A DNA stretch of 64,000 bases from a bacterium (GTDB lineage: Bacteria > Patescibacteriota > Minisyncoccia > Phycocordibacterales > UBA5272): contig JAYTSG010000004.1 in the NCBI GenBank assembly GCA_043745785.1, positions 570 to 64,569 on the forward strand, in the 5' to 3' direction. The first letter of the stretch is position 1. Every line of letters starts with the position of its first letter. Under the pieces are notes generated by a model, which saw only the letters and a program-made list of their open reading frames with translations, made no database searches and was not told the origin of the DNA. Shown here piece by piece: positions 39,786 through 50,268 of the stretch. A program made the position numbers and the translations under genes.

Positions 39786-41015
39786 TTAGAAGGTATTAGC
39801 AAGATTAAAGATAGGGAGCATGATAGCCATAACAAGGAGTGACACCATCAAACCCATACCAACGATCATGATTGGCTCAATAAGACCAATAGTAGAATCA
39901 ATAGCACCGTCTACTTCTCTCTTATAAAACGACGCAAGATTTTTTAAAATATAACCGAGCTCACCTGTCTCTTCACCAATTTTCGCCATCTGCGTCAGTA
40001 TACGAGGTACATCATCTTCTTCAGAAAGTGCTTGAGAAAAGGTCATACCATTTTGCACTTTATCGGAAACTCTAAAAAGAAGGTCATGGTAAATAACATT
40101 CTCGACTACGTCTGCCGTAATCTCAATAGAGCGAACAATAGGCACCCCACTCGTCAGCATCGTATTCATGTTATCAGACAATCGTGCGAGGAATATCTTT
40201 TGTGTTAAATCTTTTATAGCGGGCATTTTTGTAGAAAGTTTATCAAAGAAATAATGACCACTTTTTGTTCTCGAAAATAAAACTACTCCCCAGCCGCCGC
40301 CTATAACTATAGGAAAAATAATATAGGCATTGTGTTGTACAAACTCACTCATGGCAAGAATAATACGGGTAATGGCAGGAAGGTCTGCTTTATTATCAAA
40401 CATTGACGCCATCTTTGGAATAACGAAGGTAAACATACCCAGGAGTATAAAAATAAAGACAACAACGACAAAAATTGGATACATAAGTGCCTTTTTTGTT
40501 TTCTGTTTGAGCTCATAATCACGGTCGAGAGAATCTGCAAGATAGAGAAAAGATTCATTGAGCTTTCCACTTTCTTCCCCTGCTTTTACCATACTCACGT
40601 AAAAGGTTGAAAAAAGATCTGGCTCTTTGAGCATGGCATCCGACATAGACATACCTGTTTGTATATCATCAGCCACCGAATTGAGTCTCTTAACGAGTGT
40701 TTTATTTGGGTTTTCTGCAGCCAGCATCGTAAAAGCTTTCAGCGCTGACACACCAGCTTCAAAGAGTGTTGATATTTGTCTCGAGAAAATAACAATATCT
40801 TTTGGTTTGATACTTGGTTCAAAAATAGCGAGAGATATTTTAAAAGGAGGATTTTCAGGCTCTGCTTGTGCTAACTCTACTTTCTTTTCTTCTATATCAG
40901 TTACGACAATACCATTTGTCTGAAGTTCAGCGACAGCTTCATCGTGGCTAACACTTTCTATGTCTCCTGTTTGCTCAATTCCATCTGCTTTCACTCCTTT
41001 GAATGTAAAAAACAT
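39786..41015 (-). CDS. pilC: Type IV pilus assembly platform protein PilC (GspF family)
   Basis: 409 aa with two GspF repeats, each with 3 TM helices. The N-terminal cytoplasmic domain is MFFTFKGVKADGIEQTGDIES... Confidence 0.85.
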   Translation of the reverse strand: MFFTFKGVKADGIEQTGDIESVSHDEAVAELQTNGIVVTDIEEKKVELAQAEPENPPFKISLAIFEPSIKPKDIVIFSRQISTLFEAGVSALKAFTMLAAENPNKTLVKRLNSVADDIQTGMSMSDAMLKEPDLFSTFYVSMVKAGEESGKLNESFLYLADSLDRDYELKQKTKKALMYPIFVVVVFIFILLGMFTFVIPKMASMFDNKADLPAITRIILAMSEFVQHNAYIIFPIVIGGGWGVVLFSRTKSGHYFFDKLSTKMPAIKDLTQKIFLARLSDNMNTMLTSGVPIVRSIEITADVVENVIYHDLLFRVSDKVQNGMTFSQALSEEDDVPRILTQMAKIGEETGELGYILKNLASFYKREVDGAIDSTIGLIEPIMIVGMGLMVSLLVMAIMLPIFNLANTF

Positions 41016-41021
41016 ACAGTA

Positions 41022-42080
41022 TTAAAAAAGTCTCTTAAGTAACGATGGGTTACGACTACGTTCGAGAGCAACGTCCGGAAGGACTTCCCCCCTACGCACA
41101 AGATCAGCGAGACAACGATTAAGATCTATCATGCCATCCCCCGAACCCGTTTCTATAACTACGTCTATTTCGTGTGTTCTTTTTTCACGAATAAGATTCG
41201 AGACTGCATTATTATTAATAAGAAGCTCGTACGCAGGCACCAGCCCTCCAGACGCACGGGGAAGTAGTCTTTGGGAAAAAATACCGAGTAGTGATGCGGC
41301 GAGCTGTATGCGAATTTGATCTTGCCCATCTGACGGGAAAGAGTCAATAATTCTGTCGACTGCTTGGGCAGCACTGTTGGTGTGTAGCGTCGAGAGGACT
41401 AAGTGTCCTGTCTCAGCTGCCGTCACCGCAGTCGAAATAGTATTTTTATCGCGCATTTCACCAATAAGTATCACATCTACATCTTGTCTAAAAGCGGAAA
41501 CAAGAGCTGTACTAAAGTCTGCTGTATCAATACCTACTTCACGCTGATCAATCATTGACTTATCATGCTCAAAAACGAATTCTATCGGGTCTTCGATGGT
41601 TACAATGTGTTTTTTTGTTTCTTTATTGATTTGGTCGACCATCGAAGCGAGCGTTGTTGATTTTCCTTGTCCTACTGAACCAACGACAAGAAAAAATCCT
41701 TGCCTTGCCCTTGCCATTTGACTAATTTGAGAAGGAAGACTCAAATCATTTAATTGCCTTGCACGTGGTATGAGACGAAGAGCAACAGCTACAGAACCTT
41801 TTTGGAAAAATGCATTCCCTCGAAAACGATACTCCCCTTTATGGTTATAAGAAAAATCAAGTTCTTGTCTCACAACAAAGTTAGTAAAGACACGTTCACT
41901 GACCATCTGCCTTAATAAGCCTGCTGTATCTTCAGCAGTAAGTTGTTTTCGTTTCAGTAATGGAATCAAATCTCCATTCATACGAATAGTCGGAAATGTT
42001 CCAACAGTAATATGGAGGTCGGAGCCTCCTTCTTTAATAACTGTCATAATGAGTTCATCTAACTCTTGTGTGTAATTCAT
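41022..42080 (-). CDS. pilT: Twitching-motility / retraction ATPase PilT
   Basis: 352 aa. The Walker A motif is GSVGQGKSTTLASM. The Asp box, His box (LVLSTLHTNSAAQAVDRI) and the PilT-specific C-terminus are present. Confidence 0.85.
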   Translation of the reverse strand: MNYTQELDELIMTVIKEGGSDLHITVGTFPTIRMNGDLIPLLKRKQLTAEDTAGLLRQMVSERVFTNFVVRQELDFSYNHKGEYRFRGNAFFQKGSVAVALRLIPRARQLNDLSLPSQISQMARARQGFFLVVGSVGQGKSTTLASMVDQINKETKKHIVTIEDPIEFVFEHDKSMIDQREVGIDTADFSTALVSAFRQDVDVILIGEMRDKNTISTAVTAAETGHLVLSTLHTNSAAQAVDRIIDSFPSDGQDQIRIQLAASLLGIFSQRLLPRASGGLVPAYELLINNNAVSNLIREKRTHEIDVVIETGSGDGMIDLNRCLADLVRRGEVLPDVALERSRNPSLLKRLF

Positions 42081-42106
42081 AGTGACAGTATAGCAAGAGT
42101 TATGAA

Positions 42107-43843
42107 TTAAAGACTGTTAATTTCTTCAAAGGGAACTTTTTGCTGTATGCACTTTATCATCGCATCTTCACGGAGTGTCATCATTCCATTCTTTCTGGCA
42201 ATCATTTTTAATTCATCTTCTCTTTTTTGCTGTATAATAGCCTGTTCAAGTTCAGTATCAATGGTAAGAATTTCAAAAACAGGAATACGACCTTTCATTC
42301 CCGTTGGATATTCATCATTTCCTTCTGCTTCAGTAAAAGGTTTATCAAGAGGCAGTATACTTCTAAAAGATTCTGGTAAATCTTTAAACTCATCTTGTGC
42401 CATCGTTATCAATGCTGGAGTCATCTCCATCGTTTTAGCACAGCCTGGCGCCACACCACGGACCAGACGCTGACCGATGGCAGCGTTTAATACTGGAGCA
42501 ATAAGGTAAGGTTCGATTCCCATATCAAGTAGTCGCGTTACAACACCGATAGCACTATTGGTGTGAATTGTCGAAAACACCAAGTGACCAGTAAGTGCAG
42601 CCTGTATCGCAAGACCTGCAGTCTCAGCATCTCGAATTTCTCCTACCAGAATCACATCAGGATCTTGACGAAGTATAGAGCGGAGTCCTGATGCAAAGGT
42701 ATAACCAATTTCAGGAAACACCTGAGATTGGTTAATCCCCGCAATGTTGTATTCGATAGGATCTTCCAGAGACACTACATTACGATGTTCCTTATCTACC
42801 TGTCCAAGCATCGAGTAAAGTGTTGTCGTTTTACCAGAACCAGTCGGACCAGAAACGAGAATAATACCATATGGTTTTCCTATGGCTACTTGTATTTGAG
42901 ACCAGTGTTGCTTCGAGAGACCTACAGTGTCCAGTGGTCTAATACCTTTATGACTATCCAAAATACGAAGCACAACCTTTTCACCATAATAACCTGGAAA
43001 AGTTGAAACACGATAATCCACTTTGTACTCATTTAATTTTGTACTAAAACGTCCGTCTTGTGGTTTTCTTTTTTCATCAAGCTTAATAGAGCAAAGAATT
43101 TTAATCCTGGCAATAAGTACTGCATGAAAAGTTGGAGGCATAACAAGTACCTGCTCAAGAGATCCATCGATACGACATCTCACACGTACATTTGGTCCGA
43201 CATGCTCTATATGAATATCAGAAGCATTATGGGTTAATGCAAATTTAAGCACTTGATTAAAAATTTCTGGTATTGGTTGTTCGAGGAGATGTTCATCTTT
43301 CAGGTCACCACTATACTCCGTGAGATCTGCAACGCCGTCAGCATCTTTTTTTGGTTCCCCTTCTTTCTTTTTTATTTCTGTATTTGGCTTTGCTATCGCA
43401 GCAGGAGTTTCTTTCGTTTCAAGTGATTTCAATAAGCGAGTATACTCAAGATATTTTGCCTCTGAAATAATAAAAAGTTTATAGACAGTCAACTTTTGAC
43501 TAAAAATAAACTGTAGAGCTGAGAGGGCGTTAGAGAACTCAGGGTCAACAAGGCCAACAGACAGCACCTGATCATCGAGCATAAGTGGTACCGCTTTATA
43601 TTGTTTTGTCTGCTCCAGACTAATGGTAGCTAGCAAAGCGTCGCTCTTTTTTACTTCTCCCACATACACAGGAAGACCGTACAAAAGTGACCGAGCTTCG
43701 GCCACATCTTCTTCTTTAATTCCTTTTTCAATCAAAATCGTATCAATTGATTTACCTGTCCCTTGCGAAAAGACACGGTCAATCTCTTTTGAAACGACTT
43801 CAGTTATTTTATTTTGACTAACGAGAAGATCGAGAAGGAGCAT
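42107..43843 (-). CDS. pilB: Type IV pilus assembly ATPase PilB (GspE family, with N-terminal GSPII domain)
   Basis: The Walker A motif is GPTGSGKTTTLYSM. HLVFSTIHTNSAIG and the C-terminal Cys motif CAKTMEMTP.. are present. The track ORF starts at TTG 43852, and the first ATG is at 43843. Confidence 0.85.
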   Translation of the reverse strand: MLLLDLLVSQNKITEVVSKEIDRVFSQGTGKSIDTILIEKGIKEEDVAEARSLLYGLPVYVGEVKKSDALLATISLEQTKQYKAVPLMLDDQVLSVGLVDPEFSNALSALQFIFSQKLTVYKLFIISEAKYLEYTRLLKSLETKETPAAIAKPNTEIKKKEGEPKKDADGVADLTEYSGDLKDEHLLEQPIPEIFNQVLKFALTHNASDIHIEHVGPNVRVRCRIDGSLEQVLVMPPTFHAVLIARIKILCSIKLDEKRKPQDGRFSTKLNEYKVDYRVSTFPGYYGEKVVLRILDSHKGIRPLDTVGLSKQHWSQIQVAIGKPYGIILVSGPTGSGKTTTLYSMLGQVDKEHRNVVSLEDPIEYNIAGINQSQVFPEIGYTFASGLRSILRQDPDVILVGEIRDAETAGLAIQAALTGHLVFSTIHTNSAIGVVTRLLDMGIEPYLIAPVLNAAIGQRLVRGVAPGCAKTMEMTPALITMAQDEFKDLPESFRSILPLDKPFTEAEGNDEYPTGMKGRIPVFEILTIDTELEQAIIQQKREDELKMIARKNGMMTLREDAMIKCIQQKVPFEEINSL

Positions 43844-44198
43844 AGGTTTCAAAAGGATTAGTACGTCCTTTTGGACCTTCTATTATTTGTGTTATGTGCT
43901 CTGTATTATCTTTTAATCCTTCAATATTTTTTTTCAGTATCTCAGAACCATCGAAAGTCACTCCAGTCTGAGCTTTTAGAGCCTCTATTTCTGGACTTAA
44001 AGGTACTGATTGTGCTTTTGCTGGTTCTTGTAAACTTAAGAGATTAACAGAAAAAAAGTAACCATAGACAGCGAAGAAGATTACAACAATAAAGGTATAA
44101 ATAACACCTTGAAATGCCTCAAATCTCTTGGTGACATTACTCACTATTGGTTTGTTTTTTAGGTCGATTATTTGCATATTATCGTAATTTATAGACAT
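43818..44198 (-). CDS. Hypothetical single-TM protein in pilus operon (PilP-like position)
   Basis: 126 aa with an ATG start. It overlaps the pilB start by ~26 nt. One TM is followed by a soluble domain. Confidence 0.4.
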   Translation of the reverse strand: MSINYDNMQIIDLKNKPIVSNVTKRFEAFQGVIYTFIVVIFFAVYGYFFSVNLLSLQEPAKAQSVPLSPEIEALKAQTGVTFDGSEILKKNIEGLKDNTEHITQIIEGPKGRTNPFETYAPSRSSR

Positions 44199-44751
44199 CC
44201 ACTAAGACATCCATGTCATAGATTGGATTAAGACTATCTGAAGGTGAAACTAACTTAACACTCTTTACCGACATAAACCGTAAGTTCTCCTCGAAGGAAA
44301 CAATAAGGTTTTTCAGGGACTCATAAGATCCTTTTACTTTAAAAGAAAGAGTTAAAGTCTTAACTCCATTAAGATCTGCCGATTGAGAAACTATTATTTT
44401 CCCTGGATCAAGTCCATTTTTTTCAACTAAAGTAGTGACTTCACTCACTAACGGCAGTTCTTCAACTGTGTCAGGTATAGACTTTTGTACTGTTGTGATA
44501 ATACTTTTATCTACGCTTTTATAAGCAGTTTGGAGTTTTTCATATTTTGCAATAAGGTCTTTTGACTGAACTATTGTCGTATCATACATTCCAATTTGTC
44601 CACGGTAAGCATTGATAGAAGTAGCCTCCGTTGCTGGGTTGTAAAAATCAAAACCTTTACCCGAAAAGAGTGGGTTCCAGAAAAGTACGAACAAGCCAGC
44701 AGGTATTGCTGCAAGGATGAGGCTGAATAAAACTGTGTCTTTAGTGGTCAT
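44179..44751 (-). CDS. pilO: Pilus assembly protein PilO-like (bitopic inner-membrane protein)
   Basis: 190 aa. An N-terminal TM is followed by a coiled segment and a ferredoxin-like C-terminal domain. It sits in the conserved position after pilN. Confidence 0.55.
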   Translation of the reverse strand: MTTKDTVLFSLILAAIPAGLFVLFWNPLFSGKGFDFYNPATEATSINAYRGQIGMYDTTIVQSKDLIAKYEKLQTAYKSVDKSIITTVQKSIPDTVEELPLVSEVTTLVEKNGLDPGKIIVSQSADLNGVKTLTLSFKVKGSYESLKNLIVSFEENLRFMSVKSVKLVSPSDSLNPIYDMDVLVDVYKLR

Positions 44752-44752
44752 A

Positions 44753-45535
44753 TTAAATAGTATTGTTAGTCACTGGCGCCGAAGATGAAGAGTGCTCCGT
44801 TTTCACTTTTGTGCTTGTGGAAGTTACTGTTTTAAAGGTTGTCGCTTCATTTACTACTGGAGTTATAACTACAGGCATTTTATCTATGTCTTGATCATTG
44901 GTGCTTTGTCTAACAGGTTTACTCAGATCAATGAGAACATTCGTTTTTGAGAATCTACCTACTGAAATTTGCATTTTCATGGTAAATTTAACCCCACCAT
45001 TTATAGTATTTAAATCGTAAGAACTGACAACAACATCTGAGACATAATTAGAATATTCTTTTGAACGAAAAATATCACGCTGTGCGATAAGATCCTGAAA
45101 AGACTTTGCACTTCCGGTAAGTGTCACTGTGTAAGACTTTGTACCCTCAATTCTCACCGCAACCATATCGGTAAGAGTGATTCCTCGAATAATAGCCTGC
45201 TCAAGTATCGTAAATAAACTATACGAAGAAGGAGCATTATTAAAAATAGCAGAGAAGGCTTTGATTCTTCCAGAAAAATCTTGCATTGTCTGTAGAGTGA
45301 CATCACTAGTAAAGACAACTTTACTCAAATTTTCTTTCTTACTATTATTCTGTGTTTCATAACTACTTTTCATATAAAAAGCGTACCCAACAAGACTTCC
45401 GGCAACAATATTCAAAAATATAAGACCAAAAACAAGTATAAGTGGCGACTTATCTGTCTTTGGTACACCCAAAGCAGAGCCTGCACTAAATGGTGAGCCT
45501 GCTGGTACTGATTGATTTTGATTGATGGTAAACAT
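44753..45535 (-). CDS. pilN: Pilus assembly protein PilN-like
   Basis: 260 aa. A short cytoplasmic N-terminus is followed by the TM helix ILVFGLIFLNIVAGSLVGYAFY and a periplasmic domain. It lies adjacent to pilM. Confidence 0.55.
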   Translation of the reverse strand: MFTINQNQSVPAGSPFSAGSALGVPKTDKSPLILVFGLIFLNIVAGSLVGYAFYMKSSYETQNNSKKENLSKVVFTSDVTLQTMQDFSGRIKAFSAIFNNAPSSYSLFTILEQAIIRGITLTDMVAVRIEGTKSYTVTLTGSAKSFQDLIAQRDIFRSKEYSNYVSDVVVSSYDLNTINGGVKFTMKMQISVGRFSKTNVLIDLSKPVRQSTNDQDIDKMPVVITPVVNEATTFKTVTSTSTKVKTEHSSSSAPVTNNTI

Positions 45536-45537
45536 AA

Positions 45538-46605
45538 TTATTCTGCTTCAAAAGCTTTAAGTGCCAAGCCGACACTCACAGCATACGTAGGACCAACTCG
45601 TCGCAACATTTCCTTAAGGAAAGCTGGTGTTTCTATTTTCGTAAAGGGATCAGCGATGACTAACTTACCTTTGAGTACCTCTCCTGCTACTTCTAGTATT
45701 CCTGGTACTCTTGCTCCAGCACCAGTAAAAACAATTTTATCTACTATTTGATTATACTTTCTTTCATACATAAGTAAAAGGCGTCCTATATCACCAAACA
45801 GTGGATAAGTCGAAAGTTTCATGACTTCTGCTATATATTTATTCGAAGGATCTCCAGTATAACCGACTTCACGTTTATATCTCTCACTTTCATCTTCAGA
45901 CATAGAGAGCGCTTTAGAGAGTTGCATAGTGCTTTCCTGAGACCCTCGAGGTATGAGATGTACATCGAGGATCACACTTTTATGAACAAGAATAACAGTT
46001 GAATATTGGGCCCCAATATCAAGTATAATACTAAAGGGATCGTTATCAAGCAGGCTACGATTTAAACTAAATGCCTCAATCTCAAAGAGAGGTTCTGTTG
46101 TTCCAAGTCTCTGAGCTATTCTACTGTAGAGGGTGAGAGTCTCATGCTTGATAGCTGCAAGTACTACTTGTAGTATTTGTGGATTAGCTTCAAACATACC
46201 AGCAGGAATAAGCCAGTGATCAATATCAACAGTAGAAAGAGGTACTGGTAAAAACTTTCGAGCTTCAAAAGCAAGAGCTGTAGGTATGTCTTCTGCTGCT
46301 GATTTCGGTAGTGGTATAGTGGTCACAAATGTTGACGCAGGGTCAACAGAATAAATAGCTCTCTTGGCCGTTATTTTTGCTTCTTTAAAAAGAGTGACGA
46401 CAGCACCCACAATAAGATCTTCCCCCGCACTAATAGCTCTTCCATCTGTTTGTCCATGTAATGAACCAAGAAAAATCTCACCGTATGTAACGAGTTTTAT
46501 TTTTCCATCTTCTTTCTTGAGCTGTACTGCTTTAATCGATGATTTTCCTATATCAATGCCTACAACATGTCCCGTGTCATTTTTTGAAAAAAAAGATAGA
46601 CTCAT
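45538..46605 (-). CDS. pilM: Type IV pilus assembly protein PilM (actin-like ATPase fold)
   Basis: An ATG at 46605 gives MSLSFFSKNDTGHVVGIDIGKSSIKAVQL..., a typical PilM/FtsA-like N-terminus. Confidence 0.8.
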   Translation of the reverse strand: MSLSFFSKNDTGHVVGIDIGKSSIKAVQLKKEDGKIKLVTYGEIFLGSLHGQTDGRAISAGEDLIVGAVVTLFKEAKITAKRAIYSVDPASTFVTTIPLPKSAAEDIPTALAFEARKFLPVPLSTVDIDHWLIPAGMFEANPQILQVVLAAIKHETLTLYSRIAQRLGTTEPLFEIEAFSLNRSLLDNDPFSIILDIGAQYSTVILVHKSVILDVHLIPRGSQESTMQLSKALSMSEDESERYKREVGYTGDPSNKYIAEVMKLSTYPLFGDIGRLLLMYERKYNQIVDKIVFTGAGARVPGILEVAGEVLKGKLVIADPFTKIETPAFLKEMLRRVGPTYAVSVGLALKAFEAE

Positions 46606-46650
46606 AGTTAAAGTATACCACTCTCTTCCTATAAAAAATGTAGACAAACT

Positions 46651-47271
46651 ATGAACAAAATAATTGACTCTTTCTTCCCTCTCTCCTGCACATTTTGTCA
46701 TCTTAAAAACTTGAGTATTTGTACTACTTGTCTTTACTCACTTAAGCGCTCTACCCTTGATCCTTTAATTGACACCTTTGCGCTCTTTTCTTACCAGGAT
46801 AAACAAGTGAAATTAGTATTACAGCGTGCGAAATACTCACATCAATTCTCACTCTATCAACCACTTTCTAAGTATCTTGCAGAGAAGCTGCCTCAAACGT
46901 ATCTTACAGAAAATGAAAAACTAGTAGTTATCCCTATGCCTATGCATTTCCTTCGCCGTTTATTCCGAGGTCAAAATCATGCCGAACATATAGCACGACA
47001 TTTTGCGGAGTCACTTCACCTACCTTATACTCATAAGCTACTTTTTAAAGTAAAATACACTAGGAGGCAGGCACTACTTAGTCGCAGTCAAAGAGCTACT
47101 CAACAAAAAAATTCTTTTTCAGTGAAAGCGTCCTCGATGATTGATCTACAAGACTTTACCATTATTCTTATTGATGACATCGTGACAACAGGAAGTACCA
47201 TTCTTGAAGCAAAAAAGACACTTGAACTGGCAGGTGCTAAAAAAGTTATCACTGTTGTCCTCGCACATTAG
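46651..47271 (+). CDS. comFC: Competence protein ComFC (phosphoribosyltransferase-fold, N-terminal Cys4 zinc finger)
   Basis: 206 aa. The Zn finger is CTFCHLKN...CTTC. The C-terminal PRTase motif is IILIDDIVTTGSTILEA. It is divergent from pilM with a 45-bp AT-rich spacer containing TATAAAAAAT. Confidence 0.8.
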   Translation: MNKIIDSFFPLSCTFCHLKNLSICTTCLYSLKRSTLDPLIDTFALFSYQDKQVKLVLQRAKYSHQFSLYQPLSKYLAEKLPQTYLTENEKLVVIPMPMHFLRRLFRGQNHAEHIARHFAESLHLPYTHKLLFKVKYTRRQALLSRSQRATQQKNSFSVKASSMIDLQDFTIILIDDIVTTGSTILEAKKTLELAGAKKVITVVLAH

Positions 47272-47562
47272 AGATACCTTTTTATAGATTATTTTTCTAG
47301 ATACACCACATTATGGAAATAGTTCGTTAGGTAACTATTCAATATAACCATTACATTTTACTCTCTTACTTTCTTCTTTTTTACAGAATACTTTCCGTAA
47401 ATATTTGAAAGCTGATCCAAGACATACCTTTACTAAGTTAGCTTAGAAGAGTTAGAAATTGACCACAACTTCAAACAAAAAATACTAACACAGTATGAAT
47501 ACAGACCTACTTGTTTTGAAGATATCAAGAATACTTAGTTCCGAGGTTTGTACATAAAGATA

Positions 47563-48528
47563 TTATTCGCTATCATAGGAAAAATCTCCTTCATAATTCT
47601 GTAGCGCATCAAAGATGGGGTCAAGATAGCCGATCATTATTTTTGGTAGCCCATGCCATGATTCTTTGATACGGTGATCAGTAATTCTATCTTGTGGGAA
47701 ATTATACGTACGCACTTTTTCACTTCTATCCCCTGTTCCTACTTGAGCCCGTTTTGCGTCGCGCACATCATCACCTTCTTTAGCTCGAGAAAGTTCATCG
47801 AGCTTTGCTTGTAACATCGCGAGAGCTCGTTCTTTATTTTTAAGCTGACTACGCTCAATAGTACAACGTATGGCAATACCTGTTGGTTTATGTATAACTC
47901 TTACTGCAGTCTCTACCTTGTTCACATTTTGACCACCAGCACCCCCAGAACGAGATGTTTCAAATTCAAGATCTGCTGGACTAATAGTCACTTTCTTTGC
48001 TTCTTGGAGTGGTAACACTGAGACAGTAATAGTCGAAGTATGTATTCGTCCATTTTTCTCTGTGTCAGGAATTCTCTGTACACGGTGCACCCCACCTTCG
48101 TATTCAAAATATTTCCACGCATCTTTACCTCGTATTTCGAAGGTGACCGATTTATACCCTCCGACATCACTTTGATTTTCATCTACTTTTTCAAAAGCGA
48201 TTTTATGCATTTCACAAAAAGCAGAATAAGCACCCGTCAGTTCAGCTGCAAAAAGAGTTGCCTCATCTCCTCCTGTACCTGCTTGTACTTCCATAATGAG
48301 CGCCTTAGGTATACTTGTCTCCTCTTTTTCTTTTTCAAAAGTATCTTCCATTTGTTTCCAAAGATTTTCTTTTTGAATACTGAGTTCTCCCAGTTCTCCT
48401 TCCGCCATTTCTTTCATGCTGTCATCGGATAAAAGATCTTCTGCTTCAGCAATAGAAACTAGTATCCTTTCATACTCACTGGCAATATACATAGTTCTAG
48501 GGCTGTTTTTAAAATCGTCGAGTGTCAT
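47563..48528 (-). CDS. prfA: Peptide chain release factor 1
   Basis: 321 aa. The GGQ motif is [16 protein letters not shown]. The codon-recognition tripeptide is P-D-T (a PxT-type motif, as in RF1) within [21 protein letters not shown]. The C-terminus is [22 protein letters not shown]. Confidence 0.8.
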   Translation of the reverse strand: MTLDDFKNSPRTMYIASEYERILVSIAEAEDLLSDDSMKEMAEGELGELSIQKENLWKQMEDTFEKEKEETSIPKALIMEVQAGTGGDEATLFAAELTGAYSAFCEMHKIAFEKVDENQSDVGGYKSVTFEIRGKDAWKYFEYEGGVHRVQRIPDTEKNGRIHTSTITVSVLPLQEAKKVTISPADLEFETSRSGGAGGQNVNKVETAVRVIHKPTGIAIRCTIERSQLKNKERALAMLQAKLDELSRAKEGDDVRDAKRAQVGTGDRSEKVRTYNFPQDRITDHRIKESWHGLPKIMIGYLDPIFDALQNYEGDFSYDSE

Positions 48529-48554
48529 ACTGTTTATACTATGTTAGAAAAACA

Positions 48555-48584
48555 AAAACATCAAAGAAATCTTTGATGTTTTTG
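48555..48584. terminator. Hairpin (CATCAAAG aaat CTTTGATG) with flanking A/T runs between rpmE and prfA
   Basis: 8-bp perfect stem. T-runs follow on both strands. Confidence 0.5.
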
Positions 48585-48588
48585 TGAG

Positions 48589-48798
48589 TTAAGCTTTCTT
48601 TGCAAGCACTCTTTTCTTGAACTTATCAACACGTCCTGTAATATCAAGTACTTTTTCGAGTCCTGTATAAAAAGGATGGCACGTAGCACAGATCTCCACA
48701 GAGATAGTTTCCTGTGTTGAACCAACGGTATATGTTGCTCCACAGGCACATGTCGCAATAGCTTCCGGATAGTACTTTGGGTGAATATCAGTTTTCAT
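48589..48798 (-). CDS. rpmE: 50S ribosomal protein L31 (type A, Zn-ribbon)
   Basis: An ATG at 48798 gives [29 protein letters not shown]...[10 protein letters not shown]. Confidence 0.85.
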   Translation of the reverse strand: MKTDIHPKYYPEAIATCACGATYTVGSTQETISVEICATCHPFYTGLEKVLDITGRVDKFKKRVLAKKA

Positions 48799-48821
48799 AG
48801 TGTAGAGATTATAACACAATC

Positions 48822-50162
48822 TTAGGATTTCTGCAAAGTGTCGATATCTGTCTGTATGGAGTAGACCCGCCTCATAACCTGATTACCATACTGAGCTCCA
48901 TCATTACTTTTTGAACACGATGAGCCCGAATAATATTTACAAGCTGCAGTTCTTTCTGTTGTCTCATTACCAGAAACAGCTCCAAGATCAGAGAGATATA
49001 TTGCTGTTGCTGTTATAGCATGATACGGTAGCCATGGATCTGCAGCAGCTCCTACATCCTGCGATATACGATTTGCAAGAATTTTCCATGTTGATGGAAT
49101 AAACTGTGAAGGCCCCATCGCCCCTCCCCATCCGTAGGGATTCCCTTTGTTATACAGTGGTATCCAACAAGAAACAGGCGTCTTTAATGGATCTCGACCG
49201 AGCTTTTGAGTAATCTCAATAAATACAGGAACGTCACGCGTTGGACTCATGGTGCGTATTTTACTAGCTCCACTTTTAATACCTATTCCATTTCCTGTTA
49301 GGTAGTCAGAGATGTAGCAAGCTCCAATGTCTTTACCGAGCTGTGACTCTTGTGTCAAAATTGCAAGTATAAGAGCCGGCCTAACTCCTGTAGCTTTAGA
49401 AGCAAGTAAAGCATAATCATATGCTTGTCCAAAAGATATATTACTGCTGTCACGCAGCGCAAATATCTTCGCACGTATTTTAGAAGCTTCAACTTGCCTA
49501 GTGGCAAGCACTTTTTTGTACTGAGTTTCTTGACCTTTAGTTTGACTAAGCAAATCATTCTTTTCTTTTTGATTCATCTCTACTCTCTTTTTTTCCACCT
49601 CTTGTATAATCTTTCTCGCCACTTCTTCATCTTTAGCATCTTGTAGTTCTGTCTTAACATCTTCAATCTTATCTTTTGACACTTTGATGTCATTAAAAGA
49701 ATGATTGATAGATTTCTCTAATGTCTGATACGAATCTCTGTCTGAGAAAAAACCAGAAAGAGTTTTTTCTTGAAGTGAATAGTCAAGTAGATTATAGGCA
49801 GTTAAATAGTTTTTCTTTCGGAAAATTTGTGCTAAAGATTCTTTTTCTCGAGCAATCTTTGCATCGAGTTCTTCAAGAGCTTTATCTTTTTCAGTAATAT
49901 TACTGTTTAATTTAAGTATCGTCGACTGGGTTGATTTTATTTTTAACTTACTCTCTGAAATTTTTTTTTCGAGAAGTTTAATATCACTTTGGAGACCCGT
50001 ACCTTTGCCACGAGCGACGCTAATATTGTCTTGTAATCCTCGTATTTCATCTTCAAGGCTCTTTAACTGATCACGAAGATCAGATTCAGTATCCGCATGA
50101 ACTGTAATGAAGGACAATACCAAGAAGAGAGGTAGTACAAAGTGGAACAGTTTATTTTTCAT
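48822..50162 (-). CDS. Secreted coiled-coil protein with C-terminal lytic transglycosylase domain (MltB/Slt-like)
   Basis: The signal peptide from the ATG at 50162 is [23 protein letters not shown]. ~230 aa of coiled coil follow. The catalytic region is ...[14 protein letters not shown]...[16 protein letters not shown].... Confidence 0.7.
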   Translation of the reverse strand: MKNKLFHFVLPLFLVLSFITVHADTESDLRDQLKSLEDEIRGLQDNISVARGKGTGLQSDIKLLEKKISESKLKIKSTQSTILKLNSNITEKDKALEELDAKIAREKESLAQIFRKKNYLTAYNLLDYSLQEKTLSGFFSDRDSYQTLEKSINHSFNDIKVSKDKIEDVKTELQDAKDEEVARKIIQEVEKKRVEMNQKEKNDLLSQTKGQETQYKKVLATRQVEASKIRAKIFALRDSSNISFGQAYDYALLASKATGVRPALILAILTQESQLGKDIGACYISDYLTGNGIGIKSGASKIRTMSPTRDVPVFIEITQKLGRDPLKTPVSCWIPLYNKGNPYGWGGAMGPSQFIPSTWKILANRISQDVGAAADPWLPYHAITATAIYLSDLGAVSGNETTERTAACKYYSGSSCSKSNDGAQYGNQVMRRVYSIQTDIDTLQKS

Positions 50163-50268
50163 TGTTACTTTAGTATACCAAAAAAGTAGGTACTTTGGTG
50201 CGATTGTACCCATAACAAAAAGCGAGAACTATCTCGCTTTTTGTTATGGGTACACTGAAATAGTGATA

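Noticed and set aside
47563-48528. Calling the release factor RF2 (prfB) with a programmed frameshift
   Set aside because: The recognition tripeptide region reads [14 protein letters not shown] (PxT-type, as in RF1) rather than SPF. No upstream frameshift site or short leader ORF is present.
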